Origin: Octopus vulgaris
Taxonomy: Eukaryota
Length of the DNA: 64,000 bases
Assembly (NCBI GenBank): GCA_951406725.2
Contig: OX597825.1
Location: forward strand, 67,208,001 to 67,272,000
Direction: 5' to 3'
This document shows positions 43,381 to 57,890 of this stretch, one piece after another. Position 1 is the stretch's first letter, and each line of letters starts with the position of its first letter. The position numbers were made by a program, and so were the translations under genes. A model generated the notes under the pieces. That model did not search any database and was not told the origin of the DNA. It was given only the letters and a program-made list of their open reading frames with translations.

Positions 43381-44199
43381 GTGTGTATGTAGTAACTTAC
43401 TTATTTTTTACGCTGGAACTCGCTGTAGATAAAGCTATAATTAATAGCACAGAAGTATATTAGATTTAAGAACACCTTGGATGGAAGAAAGTTGAAGAAA
43501 CTGCGTGAGACTCGAACACAAATTTTCTGTGTAAATGTGTACGTACATGTGTGTGTGTTGTGTGAGTTGTCTGTGTGTGTATGTGTGTGTACGCATATAT
43601 GTATATACATTCTACACATATATATGCACGTATATATATATATATATATATATGTGTGTCCAGGGTGTGGATTTTAACTGCATCCGGTTGTGTGGTATTG
43701 GTTCAAGATATCCAGGATTTTGAGCAGTGTGGAACCACCTCATAGCCACTGTTCCCAGTTTAACCTGATGGTGAATGATAGCACCTAACTGTATTAATTT
43801 TAAATGTCACAGAATTGGTTCTAGAAGCAGTTTACTGAAAGATTTTCCAACAGGCCCAGGGTAGATGAGACCCTTCAGGTCTTTAGCTGTTTATCAAAGG
43901 GAAGGTAACTTCATACAAAACCGGCATCCTGGTGACAACCGAGCTCGTGGCTATTTTCCATCAGACAAATGCAAGTTTGAATGGCAAGGGGTGGGACTAG
44001 CTCTGAACAAATCCTGACCGCTATAATTATGTTCATCGGGAAGGCTGGTCAGCAAACCAAGATATCAACGTGAACACAACTATTCTTTCTTCATAAGTTA
44101 AGACAAGACATTGATCTAACAACACCGTGGATGCTTAACAATTGGTCAAACGAAATACACTTCCCATATAGCTTGATAAAGATGGTATTGCTTTTACAG

Positions 44200-44434
44200 C
44201 GAAGGCGGCGAGCCAGCAGAAACGTTAGCACGCCGGGCGAAATGCTTAGCAGTATTTCGTCTGCCGCTACGTTCTGAGTTCAAATTCCGCCGAGGTCGAC
44301 TTTGCCTTTCATTCTTTCGGTGTCGATTAAATAAGTACCAGGCACGCACTGGGGTCGATATAATCGACTTAATCCGTTTGTCTGTCCTTGTTTGTCCTCT
44401 CTGTATTTAGCCCCTTGTGGGTAGTAAAGAAATA
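44200..44434 (+). mobile_element. Family D SINE, full length
   Basis: 16-bp TSD GGTATTGCTTTTACAG at 44184-44199 and 44435-44450. Confidence 0.93.
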
Positions 44435-44669
44435 GGTATTGCTTTTACAGTAAAAATACGGCAAAGTACATCGTACGGCACTCTAAAATTCTGCCAATTT
44501 ACCAAGCTAACTTGCAATACAGCTTTCTTAAGAATATTCTCTTCAGAATGTTTTGTTTTTGTATATTCAAACCGTTAAAATTTCCATTATTTACATTCGA
44601 TTTTGCTAAACCCTTATATGTCGAGGCGACGAGAAAGTCAGGTGATATATATGTGTATATACATGCAAA

Positions 44670-44708
<39 letters not shown>

Positions 44709-45181
44709 ATACACACACAAACTCAGTTGAGTGTTTGCGTGTGTATCTGTATTCCGAGCTGATGGATTAGCTCTCAGCAATTTCTAAGTTGTCTCTCGTA
44801 TTATTATTTCTTCCTTCGTTGTTGATTTTATTGTTTTAGTTTATAAATAGTGGAATACATCTAGAAAAAGACTCCGGAAAAGCAAGAGGAGTGAGGTAAG
44901 AAAATAATTTCAATTATTTGACGATATGAAAATCCAAATGAAATCATATAGTTATTTTCATGTCATATATTGGGAGCTAAATATTTGTAAAACTCAGAGT
45001 GAAATAAAAACAAAATTGTACTGCTATGGAGGAAACATAATTTTGACATGTTATTATTATCATTATTGGTGTTGTTGTTGTTGTTGTTGACATGGATATT
45101 GTTTTTGTCGTTGTTGCATGGAGATTGTTTATATGGAGTTAAATTATATAAAGTAACTTTGAAATATAAATAGGTTCGCGG

Positions 45182-45220
<39 letters not shown>

Positions 45221-45482
45221 TGTATTATTTCTATTGATGTATTTCTACGCCATAAGGTGGACTTGAAAAAGCATCAAGAAATAGGAAATAAATTGTTTTT
45301 ACCGATAAAAAAAGAAACGAAATTTCTAAATATTTACGACGTAAACAGCACAATTCTCTCGACTGAGAACAAAGCTTCCAAACTGGATGGAAGAAATTCT
45401 AGGCATTGCTTTGTTATACTGGAAGACTGTGTGTTTATAAGTGTGGGCTCCATGATCAAACTTCAACTTTTACCATCCAAGA

Positions 45483-45882
45483 GGCTGTGTGGTAAGTAGC
45501 TTGCTTACCAACCACATGGTTTCGGGTTCGTTCCCACTGCGTGGTACCTTGGACAAGTGTCTTCTACTATAGCCTCGAATCGACCAAAGCCGTATAAGTG
45601 GATTTGGTAGACGGAAACTGAAAGAAGCCCGTCGTATATGTATATATTTATATATATGTTTGTGTGTCTGTGTTTGACCCCCCACCCCCCAAAAAAAAAG
45701 TCGCTTGACAACCGATGGTGGTGTGTTTGCGGTCCCGTAACTTAATGGTTCGGCAAAAGAGACAGATAGAATAAGTACTAGGCTTACAAAGAATAAGTCC
45801 TGGGGTCGAGTTGATCGACTAAAGTCGGTGCTCCAGCATAGCCGCAGTCAATTGACTGAAACAAGTAAAAGAGTAAAAGAGT
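45483..45882 (+). mobile_element. Family B SINE
   Basis: Similarity to B copies; (GTAAAAGA)n tail. Confidence 0.9.
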
Positions 45883-46952
45883 AACTATTTTTACAGCTTT
45901 AGCTACGGGCAGTCCTGCTGTTAAAAATAATTTCATGCATTTCTGTTTTATATTACATTATACATTGTAGCCTCTGAAAATAACACCAGAAATCACTGTT
46001 ATTGATTTTTGCGAATTATTTATTTGACAACAGCAAGTATTGACTTTTTTTCAAAATTATTTGCTTGATTTACATTTATCATAATACATTCAAATCGCTA
46101 GATTTTCCGTTATTTACATCTCTTAGTTTATATCAATAATTTACATTTATAAACAAATTCCAGATAGTTCCTCAGAGTTGAAAGACTGTAAGACTCTATT
46201 AAGTAAAAATATGTAAAGTCATGTTTGTTTACCACTAATCAATGTAGGCTTTGGCTTTATCTTCGTGGTACTTCAACGACGTACAGAACAGCAAGGCTGA
46301 CCTGAGAATAGTGCCAAAATTATACCTTCCTTCTGAGTGCACTTGCAAACATAAATCTTCAGTAAAGTCGACAATTCCATACATGATAGCTCGCCCGCTG
46401 CATCTAAAGCGCTACTGTCGTTTATGGCTTAAAGAAAATCATGTTTGGTGATCCAAAGTTCATGACTAGGCGCATGACGTAGATATCATTGGGGATAATT
46501 TCGCTAACATGGTTAATACTCTCCCGTGCCAAGTTATCTCCACCTAGCGGCAAACAAAATATCGTTAGACAAGAATCGAGAGTTGCCAAAATTTCCGTTC
46601 AGTTTAACGAGTAATTGTCAATGGATCTTTGTTTTCTTTCGACTTCTGCTATATGTAATATCACAAGACAACAAGACTGTTTGACCTTCCAGTGGATGTT
46701 TGTCACATAGCAGTCGTATGACAGTCATTCCCACAAGGCAATGGGAACTTGGATTTGAAATTTTCCTCTCTGAAGTATTCTGAATAAAATTAATGTTTCC
46801 TAACTCACTGTAGATTTTTAAGCACGCTAGTCACACACATTTCTTTTCTACTCTAGACACAATGCTCGAAATTTTGTGGAAGGGGGCCAGTCTATTAGAT
46901 CAACATCAATGCACAACTGGTACTTAGATTATCGACCCCGGAAGAATGAAAG

Positions 46953-47126
46953 AATGAAGCCATCTACTCGCAATACCAGAGGGAGCACACTCTCCTACCC
47001 TGATGTAATCTCCAGGGATACAGGCATCCAGCAACAGGACCTCCGTAATGCCATGATGGACCATGAAGTCTGGCGTAGCATGGTAAATTCCATTGTCTCG
47101 ACCACGGTCGAACAATGGTGATGATG
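46953..47126 (+). mobile_element. RTE-like LINE 3' end inserted in a family D SINE
   Basis: YPDVISRDTGIQQQDLRNAMMDHEVWRSMV C-terminus, (TGA)n tail, short ATGAAAG duplication; splits a D copy at about 46842-47188. Confidence 0.7.
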
Positions 47127-47188
47127 ATGAAAGGCAAAGACGACCTCGGCGGATTTTGAACTCAGAACGCAGCGGCGGACAAAATACC

Positions 47189-47421
47189 TATTTCTTTACT
47201 ACCCACAAGGGACTAAACACAGAGAGGACAAACAAGGACAGACAAACTGATTAAGTCGATTATATCGACCCCAGTGCGTAACTGGTACTTATTTAATAGA
47301 CCCCGAAAGCATGAAAGGCAAAGTCGACCTCGGCGGAATTTGAACTCGGAACCTAACGGCAGACGAAATACGTCTACGCATTTCGCCCGGCGTGCTAACG
47401 TTTCTGCCAGCTCGCCGCCTT
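47189..47421 (-). mobile_element. Family D SINE, full length
   Basis: Match to D copies; its 3' end joins a GGTATTT site inside an older D copy. Confidence 0.9.
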
Positions 47422-48290
47422 CCAAGTCGCACATTTCAATATTCCACGCATATCTACAACATATTAACAAAGTATATCCTTTATGAAACATTTACAATCT
47501 CCGAGACAAGATTCAAAATGCTATAATCAGATTCACCAGATGCTAATCGTAATGATATTTCTAGTTCTCATTCTTTGTTACACAGTGCTGCTATTATCAA
47601 GAAAGAGACTCTTTCAGTAGCAGGCCTATTGAAATTATTTCAACCCAGTGTGAAAGAATTTCGCCTTTCAAAGAAAGGATAAAATCACCGGAAGAATTTG
47701 ATCTGCATCTTATTATTTTGCATTCTCAAAGTTCATTGCGTTGCTTTAATTTTGTTTTCTCTTAAACGAAAATTAACATAGTGACATTTTCCTTCGTAAA
47801 AATTTATGCGTCACGTTAAGAGCATCAGTCATAAGCAGTTTCATAATAACGCTCAGCTTCCATCAGCATTTTTCTTCTCGTCAAAATTTGATTATTCATT
47901 ATTTCAGTTTTATGAATTTTTCTTGGCTTTTACGTCTTTACGTGAAAGCAAAAACAGCAAATCCATTAGAGAAATTCGTAGCTACAACGAGTTAATTCAT
48001 CTCTTTATAACGTGGGTGTATGGGGGATGCTTTTTAATTGTGGGTGGTGGGGGTATATTTTAAGCATTTTATCGGTTGCAGAATTCAAGCCAGTTAACAA
48101 CTATGAAACAAAACATATTTTGTTTAAGTCAAGACAGTTGTCGGAGTACGTGGTTGCTTGCAGTGGATTTGATGTGTGTACGAGTTTGCAAGTGGTGCAC
48201 TTACGTGCACTCGTGATTGCACGTAACGCAGAACAAGAGTATGCATGTTCGATTTCTGTCTTTAAGTGTTCTTGTAAACATATTCTACGG

Positions 48291-48595
48291 TGGAGAGGCA
48301 ATGACCCGCCCAGTGGTTAGGGCAGCGGACTCGCGGTCGGAGGATCGCGGTTTCGATTCCCAGACCGGGCGTTGTGTGTATTTATTGAACGAAAACATCT
48401 AAAGCTCAACGGCAGGGGGTGAAGGCAACCCCTGTTGTACTCTTTCGTCCCAACTTTCTCTCACTCTTTCTTCCTGTTTGTTGAGTAACGCTGCGATAGA
48501 CTGGCGTCGCGTCGAGCTGGGGGGAACACATACGCCATAGAAACCGAGAAACCGGGCCCAAGAGCCTGACCAGGCTTGAAAAGGCGTATAAATAA
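48291..48595 (+). mobile_element. Family C SINE
   Basis: CCCAGTGGTTAGGGCAGCGGACTCGCGGTCGGAGGATCGCGGTTTCGATTCCC head; tail shared with 58260-58556. Confidence 0.88.
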
Positions 48596-48737
48596 TCATA
48601 TTTGTTTATCTAGGAGTTTCTTCTTATAGTAGAAGAAATAGCTAAGGTTCTTCGGCTGCTATTTCTAAAGTTCGGTGTGTGGTAAAACAAACCTTTGCTG
48701 AACCCTAATTATAATTATACTTATGATTATAAAATAT

Positions 48738-48806
<69 letters not shown>

Positions 48807-48807
<1 letters not shown>

Positions 48808-49167
48808 AGGGACGTGCCGCTTAGGTAAGCAAGGTAGGCAGTGCTTACTTTGAATAAAATAGAGATAGCAAAATTTTCCTCCCATGGCAAAATATGCGCC
48901 TAATTCAATAAGATGTATTATTTTTTTGTAGATTAGGTATGAATAATTCGCCCCTGCTTTTCAGCATCGGTATTTGAGCTACGCATAGTACTGCTGTAGT
49001 ACAAGTTCTGTGTACATTTCTACAACACCATTCTCTTTACGTGCTACAATGGGAGAAATAGAACTGCCTTCAACTCAGTCGCTGCCTGCGTTTCGCTTAT
49101 TTCTTGTATGTTTTACTACATAAGGGTCACCAACTGCCTACCCTGAGTGATTAATGACGGCACGTGC

Positions 49168-49170
<3 letters not shown>
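48807..49170. mobile_element. hAT-like MITE within (TA)n
   Basis: TIR CAGGGACGTGCCG / CGGCACGTGCCTG with subterminal GGTAGGCAGT / ACTGCCTACC. Confidence 0.7.
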
Positions 49171-49243
<73 letters not shown>

Positions 49244-49893
49244 CAGATAGATTGATAGATAATATATATATATGTATATATATATATATTGATATAGATA
49301 GATAGATAACATAGATAGATATATTATAATAATATATGTGTGTGTGTATAATATCCCAAAATGTACGTGTGCATGTTTGTATCATTGTCTTTCTGTATCT
49401 GCCTGATTGTGTGTGTGTGTGTGCGAGTGCGTGTGCGTGTGCGCACGTATGTGCGCATGCATTTAAGCGCTGAAAATTGTAGGCAGCAGGAAGTATGAAA
49501 TATCGGGCCGCTATATTAAAAGTATTAATTTCAGAAAGCAATATGTCATCTGAGGAAAATGAAGAATTTCTAAAGGAATACGTTTCTAAGAACGGTTTAT
49601 TCAATTTGAGGTACACATGTCCACCAACGTACTTGTGTAAATAGACGCTCGTCTTCATTGTAAATCTTCCATGTCGTTAAACATAACTTATTCATTTCAG
49701 AATATGTGACTTTCATTGATTTGAAGGAGACAAACATTGGCATACACATAAAATTCACGTCCTCACTACTATCTAAGGATGCATAATATATCAACACTGC
49801 TGTAAATATTAGATTCTTACATACATAACTACATACATACATACATACATACATACATACATACATACATACATACATACATACATACGTAGG

Positions 49894-49937
<44 letters not shown>

Positions 49938-50003
49938 CATATGAGCCACAATATATAATTCAACTCGTAATAAATTTTATGCTATTCCCCATTTATAACT
50001 GTG

Positions 50004-50036
<33 letters not shown>

Positions 50037-50096
50037 TTGCATATGTATGTGTATACACACACACCCACACACACACACATATATATATATAGTTAT

Positions 50097-50143
<47 letters not shown>

Positions 50144-50683
50144 TAGTTATGTATATATGAATGCTTAAATGTTTTTTATGAACGTATTAATTTTAGTTTA
50201 TATATCTTTCCTCACACCACAACGATCGTAATAGCATTCATTCCCTTTCAATTTTAAAAACATCCTTGAATTACAGAGTAGAAAGCGGAAAGCGAATCGT
50301 TTCGAATCCTCATGTGAAAGAGTCATACATACATAATTTCGACAAATCTTAGATTTCTACATATGGAACAATTTAATCTGCTAGTGCCATGGAACAAACT
50401 TTTCTATCAATGGTTTTTATTCATATGTTTAGCTAATGTCCAAAGTTATGAGAAAATGAATGATAAAGCATGAAGCTCATTCGCTAATTGTAAATATCAG
50501 CCTCATCTCAGTCGTAAAAATTATCAATGGTTGTGTGTCTGTATTCTAAGTAAATTTTTTTCTTCAAAGGTTATTAAGATAGCTGAACCTCCGACACATG
50601 TAACGGAAAGAATCCGACAAAAGCCTGACATTACGTGCATGCATGTTCGAATACACGCACGTAGACACAAACGCTCACACACG

Positions 50684-50748
<65 letters not shown>

Positions 50749-50753
<5 letters not shown>

Positions 50754-50915
50754 ACAGGTTTCTTTCAATTTCTGTCTACCAAATCTAGTCACATGACATT
50801 TGTCGACTCGTTGCTACTGCAGAAGACATTTATCCAAGGTGTCACGCTGTAGGACTTAACCCGGAACAAGGTGTTTGGGAAGCTAGCTCCCTACCATACA
50901 GCCATGCCTGTGCCT
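50749..50915 (-). mobile_element. Family B SINE, decayed 5' half
   Basis: Similarity to B head. Confidence 0.7.
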
Positions 50916-51384
50916 ATTTGTGAGTAAAAACTGCCTCCCCCGTACACCCATGTTGTAAATCATGAAAAACAATAATATTGTGGAATTTTTTCCAAATATC
51001 TATCTATCTATCTATATACCACTTTTACTTTTGTGAAGTCACAGTATGTAGTAGCAGAAATATTTGATATGCGAGATGTTGGTTCTGGATTTAGATTGTT
51101 TAAGTATCAGTGGCGAAGAAGAAGAAGAAAAAGAAGAAGAAGAAGAGGGAGGAGAAAAAGAAGAGAAAGAAGAAAAACACAGAGTAGTATGACAGTAGTA
51201 GATTTTTATTAGAGTCTTCTTAAATGGCCGAGTGACATAAAAGTGACCTGTTGCAGTTATAGCAGTGGTGATTGGAATTGTTCTGAATAAATTCATGGGT
51301 AGTGATTGTTCTGAATATATCGTTTTTAATACTTCCGTGGGTATTATTCTAAGACCATTGTTGTAGTGTCATCTGTGATAGAAG

Positions 51385-52050
51385 CATTCAATAGGAGTTT
51401 ATATTTTGCGATAAAATATGAATCTTCGCTAATGCGGCAATTATAGGTTGCATCGTCCCTGAATTTATAGAAGGGAAAATTCTGAAGTTGGGTTGTTCGT
51501 TAGTAACGCAAATGTCGATGCTTCGCTAAATGCTATTTTTCTGTATTCCCGAATTTCAATCTGGGATCTATGTAGGGTCATCCTCTGGCGTACACTGTTT
51601 TTGATTTCGCCTATGTATTGCTCTCGACATCCCGTGCAAGTTAATACATATATTAGGTTCACCGAAATATATGTTATGTTGTTTTTCACTGTAAAACGTT
51701 GACCTTGTTTGAAGGAGAACTCCGATGCCCCAATTAGGTTGACGCATATACCACAGTTAGGTCTTCCCCATTTTTTTACTGTTAGCTTCAATGTTGTTGC
51801 CGAGCGTACTTGGGCTTGTGTTAGGAAACTTCTCATTGACTTGGGTTGTCTTTTGCTCTTTATGATGGTGTGCTTTTGGAGGAATAGATTCAATCTGTGG
51901 TCCCTTTTTAGTAGAGGAATATTCTGGAGGATGATGTCGAATACTTCATTGTTAAGGTGGTTGTGTGTGGAGAATTATAGTAGGGCTTTTTGTTATAAAT
52001 CCTTCTTTAGTTTGGGATATCTGAGTTCGTGGATGTTGAGTTGTATGCTA
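51385..52050 (-). mobile_element. Penelope-like element remnant: linker plus GIY-YIG endonuclease
   Basis: ORF 51465-51893: SKRQPKSMR..CGIC..NLIYVLTCTGCREQYIGE..VRQRMTLHR; frameshifted C-terminus with E.YFI..Y...LN. Confidence 0.9.
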
Positions 52051-52321
52051 CGACCTCCCCTCTGTGCCTGCACACAAGTAAAAGAGAGGGAGAGAGAGAG
52101 ACACACACACGCAGAAAAAACAAAGAAAATGTCCCACGTATTTGAAAACTATGGAAATATTTTCAAATCAGCATTTTATTTAATTTTTCCACAACTTATT
52201 TGCTTTTCCTGCTTTACTCTAAGTTGAAAAAGTCGCGAAGTATGAAACTGGTGGTTAAAGTCAAGCAAATGACCAGAATACATGCCGTAGCTCATCTTTT
52301 ATCCCATGACAAAACAATGCT

Positions 52322-52812
52322 ATTATTATTAGTAGTTTTATTTTTATAGCGTGCTTTCACTTCACTACCGAGCGCAGCTCTGTGTGCCTTAGGTATGTGC
52401 TGTGATTTGTTGTGATGCTCTGATGGTTATTGTATGGAAAGTGTTCTGCGTAGGATGTGTGCAGTGCCTAGTAGTGCAATTTTCTGTATGTTATATGTGT
52501 TTGTAAGTCCTGGTGTTTTTGTTATGTATTTGTCTGAATATTTTTTTATCATGCCTAATGCACCTACTATGATAGGAATTGTTTTTGTTTTTAGATTCCA
52601 CATTATGGTTACCTCTATTTCCAGGTCTTTGTATTTTGAGAGTTTCTCCATTTCTTTTAGAGACACGTTGTCATCTGTCGGTAGTGATACATCAATTATT
52701 ATTATTATTATTATTGTTATTATTATTATTATTATTATTGTTATTGTTATTATTATTATTGTTATGGCAGCAGTTATTGTTTTAGTCTTCAGGTCCCACA
52801 TTTTGCTAATTC
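52322..52812 (-). mobile_element. RLE-type (R4/Dong-like) LINE 3' end in (TAA)n, plus a tiny second fragment (52770-52812)
   Basis: IDVSLPTDDNVSLKEMEKLSKYKDLEIEV..MWNLKTKTIPIIVGALG..IQKIALLGTAHILRRTLSIQ*; 3' UTR ending in (TAA)n. Confidence 0.9.
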
Positions 52813-52863
<51 letters not shown>

Positions 52864-53069
52864 GATTATTATTATTATTATTATTATTATCATCATTATT
52901 ATTAATATGTAACAACGTCTGAGACGTTTACAGAAATTATTGTTTTACATATACCACCATTAAAAGTAATTCATTACACCTGACTTTGAAACTTTCTTTA
53001 TTCTTATACAAATAAGCTTTATGCGTACAGCTATATGCATATTTATATATACCCATATCTATCTATCGA

Positions 53070-53116
<47 letters not shown>

Positions 53117-53164
53117 ATCCATCCATCTATCTATCTATCTATCTACCTATCAATTTATCTGTCT

Positions 53165-53198
<34 letters not shown>

Positions 53199-53231
53199 GG
53201 GTATACGTATGTATACATATGTGTGTGTGTA

Positions 53232-53300
<69 letters not shown>

Positions 53301-53805
53301 ATGCTTGTTTTACAGACGCAGTGATGGAAACAATTCGTCCGATCCTGGCTGATACGGCACATTAAAGCGACACGTGAAGCGAAATAACTTTTCATGCCTG
53401 ATAAAACAAAATATTCTGGCGTTATTCGTCAGGAAATTTTGTAACTAAAATTATGCGTCAACAAATATATATTTCGAAACGTAATCTATTTGAAGAATCG
53501 TCAGTAAAACAAAACTAAACAAATACATGACAACAGGTTTATATGTGAATATTACTGTCGGCGAAATTCTCACCAAATGTAAATTGAAAATTCAATGTTT
53601 AAAAAACATAATGAATCACAGATCATTTTTAGAGATTTAATACTACACTGAACTACTAAAATGCTAAATATTTGATATACGTGGCATAGATGTTGTTTGA
53701 TGACATCCTTTATGTAAGATGTGCATTTGCAGCTTGCTCTTGTTAATTTCTATCAAATGAACAATAGCTACGTTTGCACAATATTTCTTACGTAGACATG
53801 GTGAG

Positions 53806-54170
53806 TTGAGGCGCAACGGCTTAGTGGTTATGGCAGCGGACTCGCGGTCATAAGATCCCGGTTTCGATTCCCACACCGGTCGTTGCGAGTGTTTCTTGAG
53901 CGGCAACACTTAAAGCTCCACAAGGCTCCGGCAGAGGGGAAGGGCGAACCCTGCTGTATTCTTTCCTCACAAATTTCTCTTATCTTTTTTCCTGTTTCTG
54001 TTGTACCTCTGTATTTCAAAGGGCCAGCCTTGCCACACTCCCCGAGAATTACGTTAAGGATATACGTGTCTGTGGCGTACTCAGCCACTTGCACGTTAAT
54101 TTCAGGAGCAGGTGGTTCCGTTGATTGGATCAACTGGAACCCTCGTCGTTGTAACCGACGGAGTGCCGTA
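53806..54170 (+). mobile_element. Family C-head SINE with alternative tail
   Basis: C head; body 54001-54100 matches the reverse complement of 10469-10588. Confidence 0.85.
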
Positions 54171-54582
54171 ATATATACAGACATGGTCAACAGATTTGCG
54201 CACGTATTCAAATAATGGCGGACATAGAACTGTGATATTGCTCTGTATTCGTGGGTATATATGAGAGCCTATTTTGCTTACGCGTGTGCGTACGTATGTG
54301 AGTACGCGTTTGATTTTCTGTGAATATGTGCGTTTGCGTAAATAGATGCATACATAAGCATATCTATAAATATTCATGCATGATCCTGTTTATAAGTGTC
54401 AGCATTGAAATACGACTTACGAGAAAAGAATTCTCTTTTTGCTTGTTAATATTTATACACTCTCTACAAACACAGGAACATATGTGCGCATCTGTATGTC
54501 CTTATATATATGTAGGATGTGTATACATATATATATATATATATATATACATATACATACACACATGTATGTGTATATATAT

Positions 54583-54635
<53 letters not shown>

Positions 54636-54722
54636 TATATATATATATATGCGTGTATATATATGTGTGTATATATATATATATATATAAACATAATATA
54701 TATGTATCTCCTTCTCTCCCTG

Positions 54723-54812
<90 letters not shown>

Positions 54813-55608
54813 GTGTGGTGTGTGTGTGTATGTGTGAACAGAGAATGAGTGAGCAATTGTTGGCGAAACAGACAGAAGTAAGGCACCAGTATAAACATGT
54901 TTATACTAAACATACCTTTTGCCTTTTTGCGAAAAGTAGAGACTTTTGTTAAACCACCTGTTTTTCTGTTTGTGACCAAGATAACAGATCGCTTTTATAT
55001 ATATATATATTCTTTATTTTTTTAATTTATTTTTTTTTACTTCCTCAGAGAGTAAATCCTGGTTTTACTGTCCGGAAAAATATAAAAGAATACCTCTTAT
55101 ACTGGCTTAGATTTGTTTATGCTCTGCACACAGGCGCGCATTGAAAGAAATCTCTTTTTGCCAGGTTGCTTAAAAATCATCTGCTTTTTACAGCAGGACT
55201 TTTTACAGTATGACTTACTACAATGTATGCTCGGAAATCTTACCATGCATCCTTATTAATTACTAAAATGAAACGTTTTATTAATTAGCATTAAAGATTT
55301 CAATCCAGGCTCTCTTATGAAAATTTAGGGTAAATTAATTTGAGATTATCAGAGTTGTGCTTCGTGTAAGCGACTATAATCAACATATCGATCTATGCTC
55401 GGGTGATTAATATCGCAGGCTTGATTAGATGTGGCAATAACATATCTCTTAGAAATTGTAAAAGTGACACCCTGTGTTTATGTCCCCCCTCCCCTTTTTG
55501 ATATTTAAAACCACAATAATGTTTCGTACACAAACACATACACACGCAAACACACACACACACACACAAACATACATACTTGCACATACATACGTACATA
55601 CATAGATA

Positions 55609-55829
55609 CATGCTCATATGCGCATGCATATATATATATATATATATATATACAAGTATATGGCCCTACATACAAATCTCTTATATACATATGTTTATGT
55701 GTGTGTATGTGTATACACATACACGTATATTCATTGCGACTGTAGATCTCATAGGAAAGAGATTTTTAGCTAAAATTTATAGCTTTAGCTGCTTCGAGAT
55801 ACATACATATATACATGCTCATATGTGCA

Positions 55830-55883
<54 letters not shown>

Positions 55884-56029
55884 AGTATATGGCCCTACAT
55901 ACAAATCTCTTATATACATATGTTTATGTGTGTGTATGTGTATACACATATACATATATTCATTGCGACTGTAGATATCATAGGAAAGAGATTTTTAGCT
56001 AAAATTTATAGCTGTAGCTGCTTCGAGAT
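55609..56029. repeat. Tandem duplication, two units of about 200 bp
   Basis: 55609-55800 is repeated at 55814-56029, differing mainly in (TA)n length. Confidence 0.9.
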
Positions 56030-56331
56030 CTACAATTCGCGAACAAGAATAATTTTAAGTTCTCTCAAAGTTATAACATCTTATAATATCAAAAATACAT
56101 ATATACACATACATAAATACAAGTTCTTATGTATCATATTTTACGTAAATGACTTGTTGAAAGGCAAGTTACTAATTATTACTGCTGTATTCTTCTAGAT
56201 ATAACTTAATATTGTGGTGGCAGGGCTGTAGTAGTATTGGAGAGGGAAAGGAGTACAGTGAAGTGCACTACTTTGGAGATGGTGGGAGGAAAGTGACAAT
56301 GAGGAGAGAGAGGAGATTATTGTGTGGGACT

Positions 56332-56370
<39 letters not shown>

Positions 56371-57474
56371 ACAGTGAGGCCTATCAATGTTGCTGAATCG
56401 GGATAGATTTTTTTTTAATTCAAGGGGAGATAAATGGAAAGTGGAAGAGAAGACAAACGAGAAGAATAAATATCGTTAAAAAAATTAGTGGAAGAAGATA
56501 AGTAAACAAATGCTAACTGATGCTAAAGATAGCACAATTCTCATGTTAATGATATTTGATGCTACCCGCATTATCGCCACTGTTATCATCATCACTATTA
56601 ATTTGGAGATATTGAACCACTTGATCAAGAATAGCTGTAAAATATAAACTGAATGAAAAACAGAATAATGAGTAAAATAATTAAAGTATAAAAATATCAA
56701 TAAGCATTCAAATAACGGGAAAGGTACATTAATGACGATCTACAAACTGCTAAATAAATAAAGTAATATATAAACGAATAAAATTTAGTATTTTTGTTAT
56801 AATTATTATCGCATCCATTATCACCAACTTGTAAAACTTCCTGGGCCATTAGATCAGAACCGACTGTAGGAGCGAACTTAAATGAAAGATAAATTAATGA
56901 ATTGATGATACTTAACACATAAATCTTAATTATAAACATCATCATCAACAACCAGAAGATAACTGTTCGTCCATTAGATCAGAAAAGATTCCAATGAAAT
57001 TTAAAGTTAATGAAAAAATACTGAAAAGCTATATTATAGGATTTAAGGACTGATTTTCTTCCGGTAATAACATTAAACAGATGAGATCTTTAAAGCGTTA
57101 AGAATTTGAAACATTAAAGCAGAATGAAAAATTAAGACCCATATTTTAAATTTTTAATGTCGTTTGACAAAATTACTTTGCCTGCAGTCAAACAAAGAAT
57201 AGGACTGTAAAACGACAGTTTAATTTTAAATTTAAATACTTTTATGATTTGAACATTTTTTAGTTATCAAAATATATACCTCGGTTAGCTGTCAGCGGCT
57301 AAATAATCAGAAAATCATTTTGAGCATTAATGATGAGAATGAAAGTATGTACAAAAGAGGATGATAAATTAAAGATGAGGAAACTACGACACTAACACAA
57401 TCGATTATAATATTATAAGATTATCATATCAGAATAACATATTTAGGAGGAATTGTAGCTGTTATACCTACACC

Positions 57475-57890
57475 GGATCTTTTCGGTTTGAACGGCTTTT
57501 TAACATAATTTCTAGGTACCTAAAAAATTTTAAACATCGTATACTGGTAGAATGTGTTTATAAAACATCTTTTTCTCTTGACTTTATTGAGAAAATTCTA
57601 TACTTTGTAAGATATTTGTTGTTGTTTTTCTTCAATTTCTGCAATTTCAACCAATTAATGACGTCTGTTGACGTAAAAAACATTATGTGCTGTATGAATA
57701 TGTCCTTTGTTTAAGAAACAGATTGGGTTTATTTACATTTGTGAAGCAAAAAGATACCCTTCCCCCACCCTAACTAACCCTAACCCTAAAATAGATTGAA
57801 ATGCAATAGATCGATTATATGGTCATAATTATGGGTGGCAATTTCATATGACACCGCTACAAAAAACTGCCGTTCAAACCGAAAAGATCC
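57475..57890. mobile_element. MITE, second copy of 16020-16446 in opposite orientation
   Basis: Same TIRs; perfect 8-bp TSD CCTACACC at 57467-57474 and 57891-57898. Confidence 0.92.

Noticed and set aside
48291-48370. tRNA genes at SINE heads
   Set aside because: A/B boxes are present, but there is no intact cloverleaf and they continue into SINE bodies
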